A stretch of 57,174 bases of DNA, the filler included, from Sphacelaria rigidula (lineage: Eukaryota): the NCBI GenBank assembly GCA_964200075.2. It is 6 parts of 6 records of this genome, joined end to end, with 100 filler letters (N's around TTAATTAATTAA, not from the genome) between each part and the next. Parts side by side here need not be neighbours in the genome. Positions count along the whole stretch, not along the records: positions 47,730 to 57,174 come from CAXNAA020008482.1; 5 more parts are not named here. The stretch is one strand, 5' to 3'. Below, in pieces: positions 50,701-57,174 of this stretch. The translations under genes and the position numbers were made by a program. Numbering within the stretch: the first letter of the stretch is position 1; every line of letters starts with the position of its first letter. Below the pieces are notes generated by a model. It did not search any database and had not been told where the DNA came from. It saw nothing but the letters and a program-made list of their open reading frames with translations.

Positions 50701-51079
50701 TAACGCAAGCAGGACGCTTCACTTTTGTGCGTTCACAACTCAGGGGAGGGAGGCGGCGTCATGCCCTAGGTGGCAATACACCTTGCCCAAACGAGGGGTG
50801 TGTGAACACAGAAGAGAGGCACCCACATTGCTCCCGAAATGATTCAACATACGATGACAATAATTTCCGTTGCCCCCGGAATAATTCAACGATGACAATA
50901 ATTCCTCAGGGGCCGATGTCGAACCACTGTTTTTTATGGGCCCCAACGTCAAAATGCCCAGATGACCAACATGAAAGCAAACCACGGGATATTTTCAGTG
51001 TGTATAAAAAGGAAAATTTTCATATTCTGTGCACACAGGAGTAGTGCGACACTACAGTCGAAGTTTGCTGTAGACTCAC

Positions 51080-53626
51080 CTTTATCCGTTTACGGTCGAT
51101 CGCCATGCCGTTAATAGCTGCAGTAGCCGCCGCAGCTGCCTCGTTCGTCGTGAACTTCACAAAACCGTAGCCCATGCTCTTCCCCGTCGAACGATCATAG
51201 ACGACTTTCACGTGCGCCAAGTCACCGTGGACGGCGAACATGTTCTTCATCATTTTCGGGGGGGCGAAAGCAAACGCACACGGGGGCAAACATGAAATTA
51301 ACACAAAAAGCACGAAACTCGGAGGTATCTGTGCAGTCATGATGTTCCACGAAATCGAAATGTTTGATGAAGGGAGGTAGGGGGGTACGCTGTATCTTTC
51401 AAACAAAATATACATGGGACCTGTACTCTTTCCTCTTGTGGCATGAACGTCAAAATTTTTGCGAGTTTCTTCCTTAAGTATGTTGCTCAAGTTTTCATCA
51501 TCGCTGCAATGAGACCAAGGTACTGTACGGTAGTACGTGACGATCCAGACATTGGACTAATATTGTGCGGTAACTGTACACCTCTCATGGAAACAAGAGG
51601 CAAAAGCACTGCGGCACTCGGGATCTGGACGTGGGGTAAGAACAAAATATCTTCTCTAATTGTGACGTCTCCTGGTCCCCATTACCATACATACGAACCG
51701 CCCACGCTGGTAAAACCCAAACTTCCACAAAATTCATGTGTTCTTCAGGGGAGTACCTCATCGACTGCGCGTGTTCACATTGCCGGTACATCGGGGAACA
51801 TTTTGGCAAAAGCCTGGCCATCACAACAAGCTGATGATGCGTGCAGTTTTGCAGAGTGCCCTGCCTAACCGCTCATGTTGTATCATCCGGGCTACTCATG
51901 TTGGACTGTTGGTCCCCGGTGAGAAATAGTCTCGAATAGAATTGTGCGTACGGAAACGTGTAAGGATTCACTGTCATCATATCATCAGATGATTATCGAC
52001 AGCGAGAGCAACCTCGGATCTACATGCGTGCAAGCACGAACACCTCTTCCATTTGCGTTAGGCGTACATTTGTGCAGCCGGAATTCATGTCCTCTATGAT
52101 GCTATACACCGAGAGGGTTGCCTGAGACGATTCCTTTCGTACACCAAAATTTATGTTCTGGGAAAACAGATGCCATTTTGGTCGCTTGGTACTTCTTCAG
52201 GCGTGTTCATGATAGGACAGAGAAAACCTGAGGACGTAATGTAGACTCAAAGACTCACCCGTAACTCGATCTCCGTTACATGTGAAGGGAGATAATTAAT
52301 GATGAGGTTGTTTTGACTCGGTTGTGCGGCGGCGGCCGCGGCATCTGTCCCCTCTCCACCCTGCCGATCCATTGCGAGCGAGACACGAGGAGACGAAGTT
52401 TGGTCGACGTGTGTTGAAAGAAGGACAAACAAGCACAAAGGTGGGGGGGACGGGAGGGATATAAGGAGGGGGGCTCTTGGAGGCTCTTGGAGTGCCGCTA
52501 CCGTCCAGAGGACTGGTGTCAAATACTCAATCTCGTGGTGTATGTGAAACATAACAGAAACATGGCAAATACAAACATGGTGGTGGCCACTGGTACAGTC
52601 TCATAGAGGGGGACCCAGCGGTCTTTGCGGGTAGATTCATCAGTGGCGTTTGTGGAAAAGACACGGACGATAGACACAGACGGTGGTTTTCTCGATGGGA
52701 CAGGACAAATGGGATGGCAACAATGAGCAATCAATCCCGGGAAAGAGTGTGGGAAGAGATAAAAGGATTCTGCACACATTGAGGGAACGCCAATGGCGTC
52801 AGTATGAGAAAAAGGTGCGAAACCTGATGTGCAGGAGCGTTTTGTTACACAGGAAACGGGAGGACATTTGCAGAGAAGACAATCCTCTCATGCTATTTTT
52901 GTGTGGTACGAACTATCGTGTGAGCTCCTGTGCACTGGATTCCCTCCATTTCGGTGCATGGATGTTTACATGAAGGGAGCTCCACCTCGCCTCGAAAATC
53001 GTAGCAAACTCTCCTTACCCTTGCGAAATGTCGGGGAAAGAGCAACGATCTCGAGCTCTCGAGCTTGTTCGGTCACATTTGTGCACGACTACGTACGACG
53101 CTCAACATGCTCCCTCACACCCTGGACCCTCACACCTCGTCAACACGTGCATGGCGCAAATCCACGAGCGAGGATCCTCAATGTTTTCGCATGTGCACCA
53201 TGAGGCTCACCGTCGGTTCGTGCATTTCGCCGTGAACCTACAAAAAATCTGTCGCTTGAATCACCACACACATGGCGCGCAGACACAAAACACATTCAAC
53301 GCAAAACACACCTCTGCGGCTGCAGCGTTGCCATCTTTTGGTTCATTGCTGCCCTCGCCACACGGCGCGTCCCCCGGTCCTTCACTCACGGGCTCTGGCG
53401 GTACGACGGCCGCAGCCGTAGTACTTGTGAGCGGCTCTACCTTCGCGACTGTTTCGCCCTCGGCGGAAGAAACAGCAGCAGTCTTGCTCGCGTCCTCAAT
53501 CTCCTTGTTCGGCTCGGCAGCTGTGATCGCAGATCGAGCAGTCGCTGGATATCCGGATGTCGTCGTGCTAGTGCTAGGCACGGTCGCGGCTGGGGCTGGA
53601 GACAGCTGAGCAACGACGGTCGTCAT
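51080..53626 (-). CDS. ELAV/Sex-lethal-like RRM RNA-binding protein, 3'-partial; exons 53626-53312, 52360-52259, 51244-51080
   Basis: NLIINYLP (RNP2)...ELR|NMFAVHGDLAHVKVVYDRSTGKSMGYGFVKF (RNP1)...AINGMAIDRKRIK; phase-0 GT-AG junctions; low-complexity Ala/Thr/Glu first exon. Confidence 0.9.
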
Positions 53627-54917
53627 CCCGTACAAAAATTTACGGACTGAGGCAGCACTCGTTCAAATTGCAAAGAGCTCCTCGCCTCCGTTCCCAGTGC
53701 ACTGCAATGCTGTGTGCGGTGCTCCGATGATCTATGTGCGCCTGAACAGCTCTCCAGCTTGGTGTTGTTTCTGGGCTCGTGTTTTTTCTACTCTTCCCAC
53801 ACAGGAATCAGGGAAGATAAAAATGCGCTGCCCTTGTCTGTGCAGAGAGCAGCAAACGTGCGTGTGTCCAATAAAACAATAGAAACCCGAGGACCTTCGC
53901 GATGCTGTCTACAGTGTTCGCCGATGGAGGGCTGTCGTGGGTGCAGGTTTTTAGGTGGCTGCAGTTGCAAACTGGGCCACGGTGGCAGCTTGTGTTACAA
54001 GGGCTGAAGATCTAAAACAAGTGAACAAGCGTGAGTGTTTCTTCATTACAAATGACCCCAAGTTGGTGAAGAATTTCAGGTCATCTCGTAGCGCGTAAAA
54101 TTTGGTGCTTTGGGCTAGATAACTGTCTGTACAGAGAGTCAGTGCAGTACAGTCAGTGTAGTCCGGTAGATCAACTTATGCGGGGAGGGGCCAGAAAAAT
54201 ATATAGACAAGAGCCGCATTACACTCCGTGATGAAGAGATTCTCAATGAAGAGATTCTCAACGACGTCATTTGGTTGATAAAACCTCTTCTTGTCGGGCC
54301 CAACTCATGTCACATGGGTCAGCAACGCTTCTTGAACAAAGAGGCATTTAGATGTTGTATGCGTCTGCTTACTGAGATTTGTATCTCATTTTTAGTGTAT
54401 GTGACGCACACAGTACTCACATTCTGGAAACCGAATGTGCGCATCAAAAATAGCTCGATTGGTTGTTGTGCACTGAGGAAATACTTTTAAAATGGCCTGC
54501 GGAAAGGGGGTGCTAGTGGTTGGGTCGTCACTACAAAAGTTCTTGCGCGAAACTGGAGAGTGTAGAACAGGAGATTTCCGGGATTTCCATGAAAAAATGG
54601 GGGCGCATGTGGGGGTCTGTGAAGTCAACATTCGGGAAATATGAAGACATTTGTGTCCTCTAGCTCTATCCTGATCGAGTCATGTCATGTTTGTGTTTTT
54701 GCCGTTGGGGTTTTTTTGTGCCAAGAGCGAGAGAGAGAGCGGACACGCTTAGCCGACGAACATTTTGCCTACTTGCACGTAAGCTAGTTCATACGGTACA
54801 GGGTCGGTTGTGTCACGGTAGGGACTAAATTCTTGCTCGCTGGCTGTGAGGCGCGATACAACTGGATTGAAATACTCCGCTTTTTTACTGTACTTTTGCC
54901 TCTAGAGGTATTCGATC

Positions 54918-55037
54918 ATGGCACGAGGCAAGCGCGCCTCCGGTAGCTCAAGCAGCAAGGGGTCGACTGCGTCTGCTACTGTTTCAGCGGAACGAGTGAT
55001 CAGTGCTAGCAAAGGAACGACTTTACCTGAGGTTCAG
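54918..55037 (+). CDS. Probable first exon of an unidentified gene, divergent from the RRM gene
   Basis: ATC|ATG GCA start context, 40 codons MARGKRASGSSSSKG..., strong donor CAG|gtaacg, 1.3 kb from the divergent ATG. Confidence 0.5.
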
Positions 55038-56746
55038 GTAACGGAATATGGCGTGCATTCGCGCTTGAATCTGCCTCCTTCAGACGAAAATCGTGCTTTG
55101 ATTATTGGTCGGATGTTGTGTAAGTGCGAGAACTGCTGTCGACAAGTACCAAACATACCCCTCTTGATTTTGGGGCCTATTTCCTCAGTCCGCCCTTCAG
55201 GATCCACGCCAAGAAAGCACGGGCGCTTGTACACACGGAGAAGTGAACCAATTCAGATTAGATAGTCGGCGCTGCTTCATCTATGATGGCAATTGCACAA
55301 GATATGATCGGCACGGCTTATACACAAGGCACCCTTACGATACTTTTGAAAATCATCGCCTATGGCCGATGGTCCCTTGCTTCCGTTGTACAACAGTCTG
55401 TACTGAACACTTTCACTTGTACTGTATTGTCCTCTACTGTACTGACTGTAGAAGTACGCGGAGCACGCAGGTCTTCTACAGGGCCGCATGGTGTGTACTG
55501 TACTGTCTGTCTGTAGCTGATGCAAGACAGCGCGCTATTGACCACCTCCGAGTGATGTAATGATGTATAGGTTGCGAACAGCAAACCCTCCCGACGTGTA
55601 AGACACGCGGTTCTCGGCGGGAATTATCCCGACCCTTTGCGGAGACGGGTTGGCCTCGATGTCCGATAGACTTGAAACGTACAAGGGTTGAACACGATCG
55701 ATCACCGTCAGGACACTCATGATGCACCAGATTGATGCGGTGTTACTTGCCGAGGAAGCGCAAAAGTCTGCTCTGTGAATACGAAGGCGTGAATGGGAAC
55801 CGTAGCTTGTGTTGCGCGCCGGTGGGGATGCTCATGTCCTCGAGATCGATATCGTCGTGTGTGGAGATGTCTGTACTCACTGTCTGTTGTCTTCCGCAAT
55901 AGATGCGAAGCGCATCTGGGCTGACCTATACTATATCATGAGCAGCAATACACTTCGAACCCGAGCTGTGCACTTTGATAACGGCATAGTCGGTGTAACA
56001 CAGGTAGGCTCTACTCGTACGCTGTCCCGGCTCACAGGGAGTGTCTGCAGATCAATCACCATAATGCCTTGCAGACCCTACAACCTGGATGTTGTCGTTT
56101 GTCGTCAGATCACCGGCTGCGTCGGATCGAACTTGACAATTCTCCCTTTGAACCAGTTGAAAGTAGACAAAGTGCGAAACAGGTTCCTATAATAAGGAAG
56201 GCAGTGATGAGGCTGCCCTACCGTTGTATCCTCGACTCGGGGGGTACTCGTAGTCGGGAAACAGACAGGCCGTAGTGCAGAAATTATCCGAACACGTGTT
56301 TCCTTGCGTCTTGCGGTCTTATCAGAGTTAGGATTTGCGCGCAGTGTTCGTTACTCCCCGTCCTCAACAGTTATTAGTGTATTCAAGATCGAGGGCGAGT
56401 CTTCGTACCAGAGGAATAGGAGAGCAAAGGAAGTCGTTCAGATTTGAAATCAAAATTATGTGAAGCGTTGAGACTTGTCAGCTAATGTCAGAGTGTGACC
56501 GCTTTGGAGACGGGCGAGATGGCACCGCGTGCTGCTGAGCTTTCAAGCGGTGCTTTTTTTTACCAAAGCAGTCTTTGAGTACGTGGGCATGTAGTCGACG
56601 GGGGTGTTACGCGCCCATGTCATGCTCATCATGTACTGTGCCGTATTGCCCGGACGAGAGTCTTGAACCCCCCGTCTGCGTGTGCTACCATGCGTGGTCT
56701 ACGTAGAGCTATGTACTATGTACTACTGCAGTCCGCCAAACATTAA

Positions 56747-56848
56747 CCCTTGAACCGCGGTGCGGGTAGTCCATCTAGATCACCTCTACTTTTTTCAAGT
56801 GAATACTGATGCCGATTCAGCAGGTGACCTACGCTCGCGGTCAAGGGG
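56747..56848. mobile_element. 102-bp piggyBac-type MITE with TTAA TSD
   Basis: TTAA|CCCTTGAACCGCG...CGCGGTCAAGGGG|TTAA. Confidence 0.85.
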
Positions 56849-56976
56849 TTAACGTAGCGTCTGTTGTTGAATCTCCGACCCTTCAAACGCCTATGGTTTT
56901 CATCCGGAGGTTTAATCCGCCGCCAGGTCCGTGATTTTTTTGAAGGATGTATTTTGTAGGTCTAGATGGACGTTAA

Positions 56977-57076
56977 CCCTTTGACCGCGACCGTAGGTCA
57001 TCTGCTGAATCGGTATCAATTTCACTTGAAAAAGGTATTGTGATCCAGATGGACTACCCCCATCGCGGTCCATGAG
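56977..57076. mobile_element. Second, inverted copy of the 56747 MITE
   Basis: TTAA|CCCTTTGACCGCG...CGCGGTCCATGAG|TTAA; the interior is the reverse complement of 56747-56848. Confidence 0.8.
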
Positions 57077-57174
57077 TTAATCAATCCTTCGATCGCGAGG
57101 GTAACTCACCTGCTGAGGGCGTGTCTTAGCAAAAAAAACGATCGAAAAAAAATTGTCCCATGTGATAAGTCCAC

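Noticed and set aside
50820-50910. PEELLSSL..GG peptide resembling a reverse transcriptase segment
   Set aside because: Explained by a short local duplication (ACGATGACAATAATT twice); no YxDD motif nearby.

Overview
Eukaryotic genomic DNA, most likely a brown alga (Phaeophyceae, Ectocarpus-like). That assignment is inferred from short exons in kb-long GT-AG introns, microsatellite-rich introns and the repeat types. The window is not one locus. It is six unlinked contigs of 9445-9446 bp (1-9446, 9547-18992, 19093-28538, 28639-38084, 38185-47629, 47730-57174) joined by artificial 100-bp N44-TTAATTAATTAA-N44 linkers. Contig 1 holds an intron-containing PIF/Harbinger transposase, with MITEs and decayed nested reading frames in its introns, then a tandem array of hairpins and other TIR/foldback elements. 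Contig 2 has a CHAT (caspase-like) protease gene head-to-head with VAC14. Contig 3 has five exons of a RAD5/HLTF-type RING-SNF2 helicase whose introns are packed with a G-tract-anchored repeat family. Contig 4 has five exons of an FG-GAP/NERD1-like protein. Contig 5 has a very large Academ/DUF6589-like transposase gene with a Cys-rich N-terminus and an atypical C-terminus, plus a foldback MITE. Contig 6 has an ELAV/Sxl-type RRM gene, a divergent unknown gene, a possible retroelement relic and piggyBac-type MITEs. The best candidates for novelty are the Academ-like gene, the Harbinger element with genes nested in its transposase introns, and the N-terminal CHAT protease. All family assignments come from motif recognition by eye; no database searches were run.
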